In this document: positions 39,197 to 48,192 of the stretch, in pieces
Layout: each line of letters starts with the position of its first letter
Position numbering within the stretch: position 1 is the first letter of the stretch
Source of the DNA: a virus
Lineage: Duplodnaviria; Caudoviricetes
DNA: 60,887 bases
Virus record (IMG/VR): IMGVR_UViG_3300028196_000013
Coordinates: 1-60,887 of that record
Reading direction: 5' to 3' (one strand)
The notes under the pieces: model-generated
Database searches by the model: none
What the model saw: only the letters and a program-made list of their open reading frames with translations
What the model was told of the DNA's origin: nothing
Made by a program: the position numbers and the translations under genes

Positions 39197-40231
39197 ATGA
39201 CACTAAGATTACCAGTGATTAGAAATGAGCCGATTCGCAAAGAATCAATAGGCAAAAATGGAGAGATAATCCCGAAGGCTAACTTTGATGTGGTCTTTGC
39301 GAGAATCGGAGGTAACAACAAGACAAGTGACAATGTCACAGATACGACGAGAGGGTGTAGCGGCGGCTGTTATGGCTGTTATGCTGCACGCTCCATGGGT
39401 GTATTCCAGGGTCGGAGAAGATTTGACCAACCAGAGTCGCAATGCGTGTGTCACGAGATGGTACAGCACGACCTGTTGGAGATGGTGCGAAAAGAACCGT
39501 TTCTTGACTGGGTCCGCAACGGTGTGATGGGTGATCCATCGCTCGATTGGGACAATGCCGTTCGGCTTACAGAAGCCGCAGGCCGAGTCGGAATAAGAAC
39601 TGTGATTATCAGCAAGTTCTGGAACATCCCTACGGATGAACACTTGATGAGGATGGCCCTTGCTGGCGCTATTCTGCATTTCAGCTTGATACCGGGCTAC
39701 GAATGGGCTCCGGATTTGAAGGTTGCACGCAGGCCAGACGGAAACCGTGTTAGGAACATCATGAGTGCGCTTGTTGCATTTGATAAAATGACGAGGCCGA
39801 GTAAAGCCAAGGAATCAGATTCCGTTTACATGAGAATCTGTTCTGCGGACTTTAACATGGACCACGAAGAAGGCGCTTTGCTTGGGCACACCCAAACATT
39901 CTTCAAGAAATTTGCAGTAAAACAGGGATTCCGTATATTGGAAACCCCGTGGAAATTTGAAGGTAAGAGCGACCCCCGATGGGAATACCTCAATCATGAG
40001 AACATGAATAGAACAAAGTCATACACAACTGGTGGCGCAGGACGCAAGAAAACTGCAGGTCCTTTGCTGGCAGCCGATGGCTTTGACAAATACTCGGAAT
40101 GGAAACCGTTCGTTATTGCTTGCGACACTACATGTGATGTGTGTCCAAACCAATGCGGGACTGTTGATTCTGAAAATGGAGCCAAAATTCGCTTGATGAT
40201 TCAAAAAGGCGAAACGATAGGCAGAAACTGA
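39197..40231 (+). CDS. Radical SAM-like protein
   Basis: GCSGGCYGCYA (CxxxCxxC); RNGVMGDPS; C-terminal CxxxCxxCxxxC. Confidence 0.7.
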   Translation: MTLRLPVIRNEPIRKESIGKNGEIIPKANFDVVFARIGGNNKTSDNVTDTTRGCSGGCYGCYAARSMGVFQGRRRFDQPESQCVCHEMVQHDLLEMVRKEPFLDWVRNGVMGDPSLDWDNAVRLTEAAGRVGIRTVIISKFWNIPTDEHLMRMALAGAILHFSLIPGYEWAPDLKVARRPDGNRVRNIMSALVAFDKMTRPSKAKESDSVYMRICSADFNMDHEEGALLGHTQTFFKKFAVKQGFRILETPWKFEGKSDPRWEYLNHENMNRTKSYTTGGAGRKKTAGPLLAADGFDKYSEWKPFVIACDTTCDVCPNQCGTVDSENGAKIRLMIQKGETIGRN

Positions 40232-40233
40232 AC

Positions 40234-40638
40234 ATGGTATTGACTGTAAACGAAGAAAAACAGAGAATGTGGGTGGTTAAGGCAGATGGTTCTGCTATCA
40301 CTCAAGACGAATACAAGAAATTAGGGGCCAAACTCACGGTATATCTTGGGGGGCCGGCGAATTCAAACTGGGAAATAGGAATGGATCACTGGGACACAGT
40401 ATCTCCGATTCATATCAAGCCAGTAAAAATAGAACGAGAACACCACGAAGGAATGTTCTCGGACTTGACCGAGGCGATTTACCTTTGCGGACAGAAAGGA
40501 TACGAAATTTTTGGTATCCTGGAGTGGAAAGAGTCAGGAAACTGGCATGACGAACACTTCAGAGTCCAGGTATTCGAGAAAACGGGGTTCATCCAGATCT
40601 ACAAGATGAAAATTGCGTATGAACCATATGAAGACTGA
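40234..40638 (+). CDS. Hypothetical protein
   Basis: CTGAAC|ATG start. Confidence 0.7.
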   Translation: MVLTVNEEKQRMWVVKADGSAITQDEYKKLGAKLTVYLGGPANSNWEIGMDHWDTVSPIHIKPVKIEREHHEGMFSDLTEAIYLCGQKGYEIFGILEWKESGNWHDEHFRVQVFEKTGFIQIYKMKIAYEPYED

Positions 40639-40640
40639 AC

Positions 40641-40823
40641 ATGAATAAGAAAGATATATTGAGACCGATATTCGGAACAATAGCGTTCCAACCATTTGCA
40701 TATATGTGGGCATTATCAACAGGCGCTCCGTTTTGGACGGAGATTGGGCCTTTTGTGGTTTATTCCACTGTGGTATTCATTCCAATATATGCAATGTATG
40801 AGAAATATTATCCGACAAACTGA
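40641..40823 (+). CDS. Small two-TM protein
   Basis: CTGAAC|ATG start; hydrophobic. Confidence 0.7.
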   Translation: MNKKDILRPIFGTIAFQPFAYMWALSTGAPFWTEIGPFVVYSTVVFIPIYAMYEKYYPTN

Positions 40824-40825
40824 AC

Positions 40826-41392
40826 ATGCCTTACAAGGATGAATCGAATGAAATCATCAACAGGATGAAAGACAAACAAAATGAGAAAGTCAAAACCATT
40901 AGCATTTCGTTACCGGGATTGAGAGTTCCTCGAGTTTGGATGGAAAGACGCTGGGCGACTTTGAGTAGTCTCGCAGACCAACCATCTTACATCAACACGG
41001 TTGGTGCAAAGCATGAAGCGACAATACGGGATGCTGAAAAGCTGTTAAACCGGAAAAAAACAATGAATGATTTCATTGAATTTATGGAATTTGACATTGA
41101 GGAATACTTCGAAATGGTAACTGAGATTCGTGACTACACGAAAAAGGTGAACTCAAAGGAAGTGAAAGCCAATTATCAAGAATACATGACCGTAATCAAT
41201 TCTATTTTGATTGCATACGGGCACAAATTCGGATTGGTAGAGCCGAGCGTTGAAGAATGGCTCGCAAGAGAAGATGATACGGAAACTGATTACAGCGGAA
41301 GACAAAAGAAAAGGTCTGCAGATGATCCTCACATGAGAAATGTGGTTGGAGAAGGCGGACTTTTCCCTTGGACATTTTCCGATAGATACTGA
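40826..41392 (+). CDS. Hypothetical protein
   Basis: CTGAAC|ATG start. Confidence 0.7.
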   Translation: MPYKDESNEIINRMKDKQNEKVKTISISLPGLRVPRVWMERRWATLSSLADQPSYINTVGAKHEATIRDAEKLLNRKKTMNDFIEFMEFDIEEYFEMVTEIRDYTKKVNSKEVKANYQEYMTVINSILIAYGHKFGLVEPSVEEWLAREDDTETDYSGRQKKRSADDPHMRNVVGEGGLFPWTFSDRY

Positions 41393-41394
41393 AC

Positions 41395-42246
41395 ATGAAT
41401 AAGTCGTTAAAATTGAGACTATGGGAATATCTGAAAGAGAACAAATCAACTTTGTTTGAAATCTATGAGGAATTCTCAAATGAAAAAGAAACAACGATTC
41501 GTGGTCGCTTGAACGAGAACCTTGGTTCTTGTTTCAAAAGACTGGGGCGTGGCATTTACATTGCTACAGATGGTGAAATCACCGCAGTATTCCTTGAAGG
41601 GGATGCTCGGAAGATTGTCCAAACCCTTGAAGATGAAAGCATTGATGCAATCATTATGGATTCGCCGTATAGCGCTCTCGACAAGCAAATGACTGTCGGA
41701 AGTACGCGTCAGCGAAACCTCGATGGGGGCTGGGGATTCCAAACTTGGGATCTTGATGAGGCATTCTTGAAAGATCTGTATCGGGTAATGAAGCCAGGAG
41801 GACACATGTTCTCATTCATGCCCGCAGCAAAAGCGGACACGGTAGATTACAATCACAATCAAGTTCTACTTGCACGAAAGGCAGGTTGGAGATTTCAAGC
41901 GACATGGGTATGGGACAAAGTGCTGTTAGGGATGGGTTATACCGGACGCTGTCAACACGAATTGATTCACTTTTTCTCTAAAGGAAAGAGGAGATTCCCG
42001 CTTAGCTTGAAGATAACAGATGTGAGAAAGCACCAAAGGGAGCATAGTAGCAAAAAGATTCACCAAACGCAGAAGCCTGTAGGTTTGATTGCTGACATTA
42101 TCGAGTTCAGCACAGATTTAGGTGATGTAGTGTTAGATCCTTTTGCTGGCTCAGGCTCAACTGCAGCAGCAGCACTCCAGACAAATAGGAATTCTATTTC
42201 TATCGAACTGGATGGTGCGATGCTTGCAAAGGCGTGTGGAAACTGA
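41395..42246 (+). CDS. N6-adenine/N4-cytosine DNA methyltransferase (beta class) with N-terminal HTH
   Basis: DSPY catalytic motif before VLDPFAGSGST; HQTQKP. Confidence 0.9.
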   Translation: MNKSLKLRLWEYLKENKSTLFEIYEEFSNEKETTIRGRLNENLGSCFKRLGRGIYIATDGEITAVFLEGDARKIVQTLEDESIDAIIMDSPYSALDKQMTVGSTRQRNLDGGWGFQTWDLDEAFLKDLYRVMKPGGHMFSFMPAAKADTVDYNHNQVLLARKAGWRFQATWVWDKVLLGMGYTGRCQHELIHFFSKGKRRFPLSLKITDVRKHQREHSSKKIHQTQKPVGLIADIIEFSTDLGDVVLDPFAGSGSTAAAALQTNRNSISIELDGAMLAKACGN

Positions 42247-42248
42247 AC

Positions 42249-42545
42249 ATGGCAACGACTAATGATTTGAAGATAGCCGCCGAAATTTTAGGCTACGGAG
42301 ACGATTACGCACATTACATGGGTAAATACAATGGACGATTTTACCACAAGGGATTTGCGATAAGTTATGATGGAACACCAAGAAGTGAAAGAAAGCTGTT
42401 TGAGATACTGAAAGAAAACGGCTGTGATGATTTGGGGCAACCCGACCAAAGAGATTCGTTGGGACTGGGGGCAGTGCTTTCATGGAACCGTGATAGGTTC
42501 GATGATGCAGATGACCCTGAGAAACCCGATGAAGAGGAAGAATGA
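42249..42545 (+). CDS. Hypothetical protein
   Basis: CTGAAC|ATG start (MATTN). Confidence 0.7.
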   Translation: MATTNDLKIAAEILGYGDDYAHYMGKYNGRFYHKGFAISYDGTPRSERKLFEILKENGCDDLGQPDQRDSLGLGAVLSWNRDRFDDADDPEKPDEEEE

Positions 42546-42552
42546 ACTGAAC

Positions 42553-42780
42553 ATGGCAAAAAAGCCCAAAAAAGCAATTGTATTTACGGATTCAAGAACA
42601 GGCAAACGAAGGTGCTGGATTGATCCATTTGATGATGATGCAAAGGTATTCGCACGGTGGTTGATGTATGAAGAATGGGTAATGGACCTTGAAATCATTG
42701 ATATTGACAGCGAATTACCTGAGATGTCATGCAAAAGGATGCTGACTCAAGAGTTACCGAACTTGTTTGCAAGAAGATAA
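42553..42780 (+). CDS. Hypothetical protein
   Basis: CTGAAC|ATG start (MAKKP). Confidence 0.7.
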   Translation: MAKKPKKAIVFTDSRTGKRRCWIDPFDDDAKVFARWLMYEEWVMDLEIIDIDSELPEMSCKRMLTQELPNLFARR

Positions 42781-42787
42781 ACTGAAC

Positions 42788-42979
42788 ATGGGAAGAGAAT
42801 TGAATGGACACAAGACCCAATACGCACGATACTGGGCTTCTGGTAAGCGGAAGCAACACATTGCTGCGATAATCGAGTGGGGAGAAAAGATACGACACCA
42901 TTGGTTCATCAAGTGCAGCGTCAAGAAATTGTCGCTCGGAACGGACAAGGGTTGCATTTGTGGATTATGTAAAAACTGA
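42788..42979 (+). CDS. Small Cys/His-rich protein
   Basis: CTGAAC|ATG start (MGREL). Confidence 0.7.
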   Translation: MGRELNGHKTQYARYWASGKRKQHIAAIIEWGEKIRHHWFIKCSVKKLSLGTDKGCICGLCKN

Positions 42980-42981
42980 AC

Positions 42982-43632
42982 ATGGCAATTATGCAAAACA
43001 GTACGCATCTATTCGATAGAGTGATGCGAAAGGTAGAAGAAAGAGAAGAAGAAGCAAAGCCAATGTTAGAAGCTTGGAAACAAGGTCACACTGAAGTCGA
43101 TTTTAGAGTGATGAATGGTGAAGACCTATGGAGCAGAGATTACAATCGAAATGTGCTTCCAAATCATTGTAAAAAACATGATTTGTGGCTATCAACCATC
43201 GTCGCTCACGAGAGACAATTTCAAGATTTGGCAGACTGTGGAATGCCGGCTGTATCAATGATTGGTGCAAGTGAGGCGACAGAATGGACTGTGTTTTTCT
43301 TAAAGCACAAAACATCCAAATGTCACCTACATCGAAATCTGATTTTGTATTCCAACGGAATGATGAGTCAGGGGCACGAATACGGATATAAAGACTCAGG
43401 CGGCAGTGGTGGAGCATGGCTCCCATACTATTTGGACAGTAATGCCAGTGATGGTAGAGGACCGATATTCGTGAGTGATTACACAAAAATCATAGAAGAG
43501 ATATATCAAGAAGGGATTGACTGGATCGATAAAAATTTCAAAGACAAACCGCAAGTGAAAAAGAAAATGCTGGCTTCACTTAATGAGCAGATGAACCACG
43601 ACAGATTTCGTGGTCTGCATTGGAAAAACTGA
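42982..43632 (+). CDS. Hypothetical protein
   Basis: CTGAAC|ATG start. Confidence 0.7.
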   Translation: MAIMQNSTHLFDRVMRKVEEREEEAKPMLEAWKQGHTEVDFRVMNGEDLWSRDYNRNVLPNHCKKHDLWLSTIVAHERQFQDLADCGMPAVSMIGASEATEWTVFFLKHKTSKCHLHRNLILYSNGMMSQGHEYGYKDSGGSGGAWLPYYLDSNASDGRGPIFVSDYTKIIEEIYQEGIDWIDKNFKDKPQVKKKMLASLNEQMNHDRFRGLHWKN

Positions 43633-43634
43633 AC

Positions 43635-44021
43635 ATGGGAAGAGAATTGACTCAAGTAGATGATGAAGAATGGTGGATTACGGAAACACATAGCGGCTAT
43701 TTTTACAGAGTTTCGATATCCTTCAAAAGTAAGGAAGAAGCAATTGAAACACTTAGAAAAGGGAATTGTGATGAACAAATCCTAAAAACATTTGAAGGCA
43801 GTAATGGAATACATTCCATGACAATATACAAGAACGGACAATTTAGAATGAATGGGGTGCAAATAGATGAAGCATTGCACAATGCAAATGCGCTTTGTCC
43901 TGATGGAGAACACTCTTTGTTTGAGGATGTTGAGTGCGCTGTCGAAGACTGTGAGAACTTAACTCTCGGACATTACACTGACCTGAATGATGAAACAATA
44001 TGTGGAGAATGCCAAGACTGA
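43635..44021 (+). CDS. Hypothetical protein with C-terminal Zn finger
   Basis: CTGAAC|ATG start (MGREL); CxxxxC..CxxC. Confidence 0.7.
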   Translation: MGRELTQVDDEEWWITETHSGYFYRVSISFKSKEEAIETLRKGNCDEQILKTFEGSNGIHSMTIYKNGQFRMNGVQIDEALHNANALCPDGEHSLFEDVECAVEDCENLTLGHYTDLNDETICGECQD

Positions 44022-44023
44022 AC

Positions 44024-44260
44024 ATGACTGATTTAGCAGAACATATTGAAAAATGTAAACAAAGAGCGCTAAAAGAATTGAATGAAAACGGAATTGTGTC
44101 AGCATTGACTCAATTAGGAGAGGAATTCAAAGAACACGATGAAATAGCAGGGTTGCATTATTGGCCCGAGATGATGTGTGAAATGGGAGCAAAAGGATGT
44201 AGAGATGTTGAGGAAGCAAGAACATTCATCCATCAATTTCACAAGTATTGGGAGGACTGA
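44024..44260 (+). CDS. Hypothetical protein
   Basis: CTGAAC|ATG start (MTDLA). Confidence 0.7.
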   Translation: MTDLAEHIEKCKQRALKELNENGIVSALTQLGEEFKEHDEIAGLHYWPEMMCEMGAKGCRDVEEARTFIHQFHKYWED

Positions 44261-44262
44261 AC

Positions 44263-45354
44263 ATGACTGATAGTATTATTGAAATGCTCTCGTTAGGAGG
44301 TGGCGTGGATTCGTCTTGTCTTTTGGCAATGAATCTATGTCCCGAATTAGCGGCGGAACATCTTGGGATTACGGTTGAGAAACTGCGTGAAAGCATACCT
44401 GAATACGAATGGGTTGTTTTCGCTGATCCCGGAAGTGAATGGCCACAGACCTACGAGAACTTGGATTATGCAGAAGAGATTTGTGGGAATGCAGGATTGA
44501 AGTTCCAGCGTGTGATGCACACGCAGGGATTTTACCGGCACGACGAAACAAATGAAAGGATATTTGTCACCGAATGGAGGCAAATGGAAAAGGAAGAACA
44601 AGAGCAATACACACATACCGTGGAACCTTTCACGATTTATGAGTGGCTAACGAAGACTGGTGTTTTACCAACTCTTCCAGGTCACAACCATGTATGCTCT
44701 GAAAAATTCAAAGGAACCCCGCAAAGAAAGTGGGCTGACGAAACCTTCGGAAAAGAGGCGACAAAAGTATGGTCGCTCGGAATCGAAGCAAATGAGAAAT
44801 ACCGCTCGGAAAGATTCACGATGAATAAGAAGGCGGGTGAAAACAAATTGACTGGTCACGAATTCCGATACCCGCTCATTGAACTTGATATGAACCGTGA
44901 GGATTGTATTGAGATGCTCAAAGTGCTTCAATGGGATTACAAGGGGGACGGCAGTATGGTGGAGAAATCCTCTTGCATGTGGTGTCCTTATCTCAAGGGT
45001 TGGGAAATCGACCGGTTGATTGAAGCAAATGGCGTGGGTCTTGAAGAAGCTCTCGCTATTGAGAAGAAATTCACAGAAACAGACAAACACAAGCGATGGC
45101 ATGCAGCAGGCATGCCCGTCAACAAAAAAGGCGGTTGCCAAGGTCTCAAAGGTCCAGATGGACTTGGATATCACAAGCGACCGTATGTTGAAGGTGATTG
45201 CGATCACCCTGCTTGTGCTGCTGACAAGAAGAAAAACCAACAGCAAGGTAGGGCTCAACTGATTCAGTTGAAGTTCCGTGACAAAGATGGTAAGACAAGG
45301 AGATGGTCGATTCAAGAATATGTTGAACACGGCGGCGCTCCAAATAAAGACTGA
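44263..45354 (+). CDS. PAPS reductase-like / PP-loop (HUP) protein
   Basis: SLGGGVDS; FADPGSEWPQTY; RYPL; KSSCMWCPY. Confidence 0.8.
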   Translation: MTDSIIEMLSLGGGVDSSCLLAMNLCPELAAEHLGITVEKLRESIPEYEWVVFADPGSEWPQTYENLDYAEEICGNAGLKFQRVMHTQGFYRHDETNERIFVTEWRQMEKEEQEQYTHTVEPFTIYEWLTKTGVLPTLPGHNHVCSEKFKGTPQRKWADETFGKEATKVWSLGIEANEKYRSERFTMNKKAGENKLTGHEFRYPLIELDMNREDCIEMLKVLQWDYKGDGSMVEKSSCMWCPYLKGWEIDRLIEANGVGLEEALAIEKKFTETDKHKRWHAAGMPVNKKGGCQGLKGPDGLGYHKRPYVEGDCDHPACAADKKKNQQQGRAQLIQLKFRDKDGKTRRWSIQEYVEHGGAPNKD

Positions 45355-45356
45355 AC

Positions 45357-45522
45357 AGGGCAGGCTGATTTAGAATCAGTCTGCCCTCAAATTTAGGCCT
45401 CGGTGAAAAGAGGGTAAGATCCAAAAGGCATACACTCCGTACCGTTAAGTGGGCAGAAGGAGGGGCGTTCGGGGAGGTCGACACACGCAAAAGTGCAGAC
45501 CCCGATACTCCTTCTGTCCACC
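45357..45522 (+). ncRNA. Structured non-coding unit inside the ORF array
   Basis: 14-bp hairpin starts at the base after CTGAAC; second long stem 45449-45462/45508-45521 followed by CTAAC. Confidence 0.55.
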
Positions 45523-45571
45523 TAACACCAAACATCAACGCCAACCGTTTATGATTTCATCCCTCAAAATC

Positions 45572-45601
45572 GCTTAGGGGTGCGGTGGCTGATTAGAGTG
45601 A
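45572..45601 (+). promoter_or_regulatory. Putative internal promoter, copy 1
   Basis: GCTTAGGGGTGCGGTGGCTGATTAGAGTGA; 23/30 identical to 49709-49738. Confidence 0.5.
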
Positions 45602-45723
45602 TGAAAGAGTGTGCGACATGTGGATACAGTTTGAGATTGTGGGAAGGACTACACAACAACAGAAAAGACGGAGGGGCCTGCTGCCCTATCAAAAGGTGCA
45701 TAGATGCAAGTGCAAGTGACTGA
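45601..45723 (+). CDS. Small Cys-rich protein (40 aa, not in ORF track)
   Basis: MKECATCG...; stop falls in the next CTGAAC motif. Confidence 0.55.
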   Translation: MKECATCGYSLRLWEGLHNNRKDGGACCPIKRCIDASASD

Positions 45724-45725
45724 AC

Positions 45726-46160
45726 ATGAGAATGACGAAAGAAAACAGAGAATGGATCGAATTCGACCATGATGGTGAGAAAGAGCAAACCTTTGCGGAT
45801 TGCTCAAAGAAGGGGCAAATGGTCTTCCTTTTGCGGAGGGGAGATAAGCAGCACCCAGGTGGAATCCTTGGGCAGCATTCACATTCAACGATTTGTCCGT
45901 GGTCAAAGCCATTTTGGACTCTTGAACCAATTCAAGAAGGCGAGCCTATCTTGATAGTAGATGCAGGGGGCAGCATGCGGGTTGTCGATTACACCCACAT
46001 CACGACAAATTGGAGTTTTGCAAAGGACTACTGCTACGGTGAAGAATACACTCTGGAACTCGGTGTGGGTTTTTCACAAATCGAACAATTGAAATTTTTC
46101 AATGAGGGAAGCGTCGAAGGCATGACCTACGGCAAACAGCTGTATGGTGCTAAGAACTGA
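45726..46160 (+). CDS. Hypothetical protein
   Basis: CTGAAC|ATG start (MRMTKENREW). Confidence 0.7.
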   Translation: MRMTKENREWIEFDHDGEKEQTFADCSKKGQMVFLLRRGDKQHPGGILGQHSHSTICPWSKPFWTLEPIQEGEPILIVDAGGSMRVVDYTHITTNWSFAKDYCYGEEYTLELGVGFSQIEQLKFFNEGSVEGMTYGKQLYGAKN

Positions 46161-46162
46161 AC

Positions 46163-46453
46163 ATGAGAATGACGAAGGAAAATAGAGAATGGATGAGATG
46201 GGCTCTCTTCTTGGGTGAAGATCAAATGATACTGTTTGCTGAAGACAGGTGGAAATGGATTAGTGAACCTATGACTGACCTACCTCTCAATGAACAGTGT
46301 GTATTCTACCAAGCGTATGCAAAGAATGGTGGAAAGGACAAGGGTTACGACAACCGAGAGGCTCTCAATAAGGCGATTGAATATGCAGAGCGTAAAATCA
46401 ACGACGCTTTCAAAGAGATTGAAAAGCGATTCAAATTAGATGAAGATAACTGA
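46163..46453 (+). CDS. Hypothetical protein
   Basis: CTGAAC|ATG start (MRMTKENREW). Confidence 0.7.
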   Translation: MRMTKENREWMRWALFLGEDQMILFAEDRWKWISEPMTDLPLNEQCVFYQAYAKNGGKDKGYDNREALNKAIEYAERKINDAFKEIEKRFKLDEDN

Positions 46454-46455
46454 AC

Positions 46456-46743
46456 ATGAATGACATATTGAATATATTGAATTTAGATTTTAGTCAGCCC
46501 ATCGGTTCCAGAATTGGATTCAATGGCCCCGAAAGATGGACGCTGAAAACTCCACTTGACCTGTCAAACGATGCAATCCATAAGGCATTCATCAAAACAA
46601 CGGCAGTTATTGACGAAGGAGCCGAACCGATAGAGATAGTGTGGACATTCACTAAACTGGTGCTTCTTGAGATGAATGAATACATCGTAAGAGGATTTCC
46701 AGAAGTGTATGACCTCGCTGTGATTGACCGGCCAACAAACTGA
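46456..46743 (+). CDS. Hypothetical protein
   Basis: CTGAAC|ATG start. Confidence 0.7.
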   Translation: MNDILNILNLDFSQPIGSRIGFNGPERWTLKTPLDLSNDAIHKAFIKTTAVIDEGAEPIEIVWTFTKLVLLEMNEYIVRGFPEVYDLAVIDRPTN

Positions 46744-46745
46744 AC

Positions 46746-47867
46746 ATGGAAAATTATGCAAGTGACAATGCAGATATGATTGCCCAAAGAACGGTGAATA
46801 TCGCCAATCTTACCGACACAATACTGGTGACACTCAAAGAAGGGTTGCCGGACATGTGGCACCAAAAGACATTCAAACGCAAAACCAAAGTGGCAAAGGA
46901 CTCAGGGGGATTTCAATTCCTTATGAATCCAGAAAAGGCCGTTGGTTTTGATGTAGACCGTCTGATTCACGACCACCATAGAGTTGGTTTTGGAAATAAT
47001 GACATCATCATCACGGCGGATGTGCCGATTCCAACAGGTATCGCACTCGAAGCGTCTGTAATCAAAGAGAGACAGCAACAAACTGTCGATTGGTTTGACC
47101 GAATGAGGGAATCAATCTCTCAAACGGTTCCTGTGCTACACGGACAAACTCCTGAAGAGGTGAAAGAACACTTGGTCATGTATGGCCTCAATGACAAAGA
47201 AATGGTGTGCCTGGGTTCAAACCTTGCGCAAGGCCAAACTCGAGTCATGGATCGTGTCGGTGAAGGCAAACAAAGAGGAAAAAAGACAACAAAGAAAATT
47301 CCGAGAGGGAAACTGTGGGCACGAAACATCGAGTGTGTCAAGGAAATCGGAGACAATCCGCTTTTCTTGCTTGGCGCTGGTGGAATGAACGCAGCACCTA
47401 TCGCAGCCTTGTTGGGTGCGAAAGCCGTTGATGCGAGTAGCTGGCGGCTAAATGGGATGATGAGGCAAATTTACGATACAGAACACGGGCGTTTTATCAA
47501 ATGTGGAACGAAACAAAGAAACATCGAGCGCCCCCTGTTTCAAGACTTTTTGAAACAACGATTGAGTGAAGACGATTATCCGTTTCACGGAATGACTGTT
47601 GACAATCTAACGAAAGCTTTCAGCGCAGACGGGACAATAGGGACTGAAATGCGTTGTTATCACAACCTTTGGGAATTGGACAAAGATGCGAAAGTAATTT
47701 CGACATTTGAGGACGACCCCGATGGGCTGGTGAAAATGCTTGAGAAACGATGGAGGTCAAGTGGATGGACAGACCATCAAAACTTGAAGATATTGAAGAT
47801 GGCCGCAAGTGCAGTAAAACATGCAAGCGTGCCAGGAGAACTCGCTAATTTTGCGAGAGCGAACTGA
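46746..47867 (+). CDS. tRNA-guanine transglycosylase-family (TGT/DpdA-like) protein
   Basis: DSGGFQ; ADVP; VPVLHG; LLGAG; VDASSW. Confidence 0.8.
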   Translation: MENYASDNADMIAQRTVNIANLTDTILVTLKEGLPDMWHQKTFKRKTKVAKDSGGFQFLMNPEKAVGFDVDRLIHDHHRVGFGNNDIIITADVPIPTGIALEASVIKERQQQTVDWFDRMRESISQTVPVLHGQTPEEVKEHLVMYGLNDKEMVCLGSNLAQGQTRVMDRVGEGKQRGKKTTKKIPRGKLWARNIECVKEIGDNPLFLLGAGGMNAAPIAALLGAKAVDASSWRLNGMMRQIYDTEHGRFIKCGTKQRNIERPLFQDFLKQRLSEDDYPFHGMTVDNLTKAFSADGTIGTEMRCYHNLWELDKDAKVISTFEDDPDGLVKMLEKRWRSSGWTDHQNLKILKMAASAVKHASVPGELANFARAN

Positions 47868-47869
47868 AC

Positions 47870-48190
47870 ATGGTTTTGATGAAGCGAATTCAAAAAAGAA
47901 TTGAGGAGATTAGACCGTGGACTAAGAATTTTACTTTGTACACAGAGAGATGGACCGATGGTAAGTGCTTTGCACCGATTTGGGAATGCAACGATCCTAC
48001 GGGGAAATGCAAAGGAAACGCACGGTGGGCGGCAACATTCCCTGCAGGATATACTGTAGTGGACAAAAACAACATTTGTGGACAATATCCACTTGGAACC
48101 GTTATCTACGGAAAGAAATTTATTTACGACGAGAAATACGGGCCAATGATGAACGGTGAATGTATCACAGAATGCCCGTATTGCAACTGA
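47870..48190 (+). CDS. Cys-containing hypothetical protein
   Basis: CTGAAC|ATG start. Confidence 0.7.
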   Translation: MVLMKRIQKRIEEIRPWTKNFTLYTERWTDGKCFAPIWECNDPTGKCKGNARWAATFPAGYTVVDKNNICGQYPLGTVIYGKKFIYDEKYGPMMNGECITECPYCN

Positions 48191-48192
48191 AC

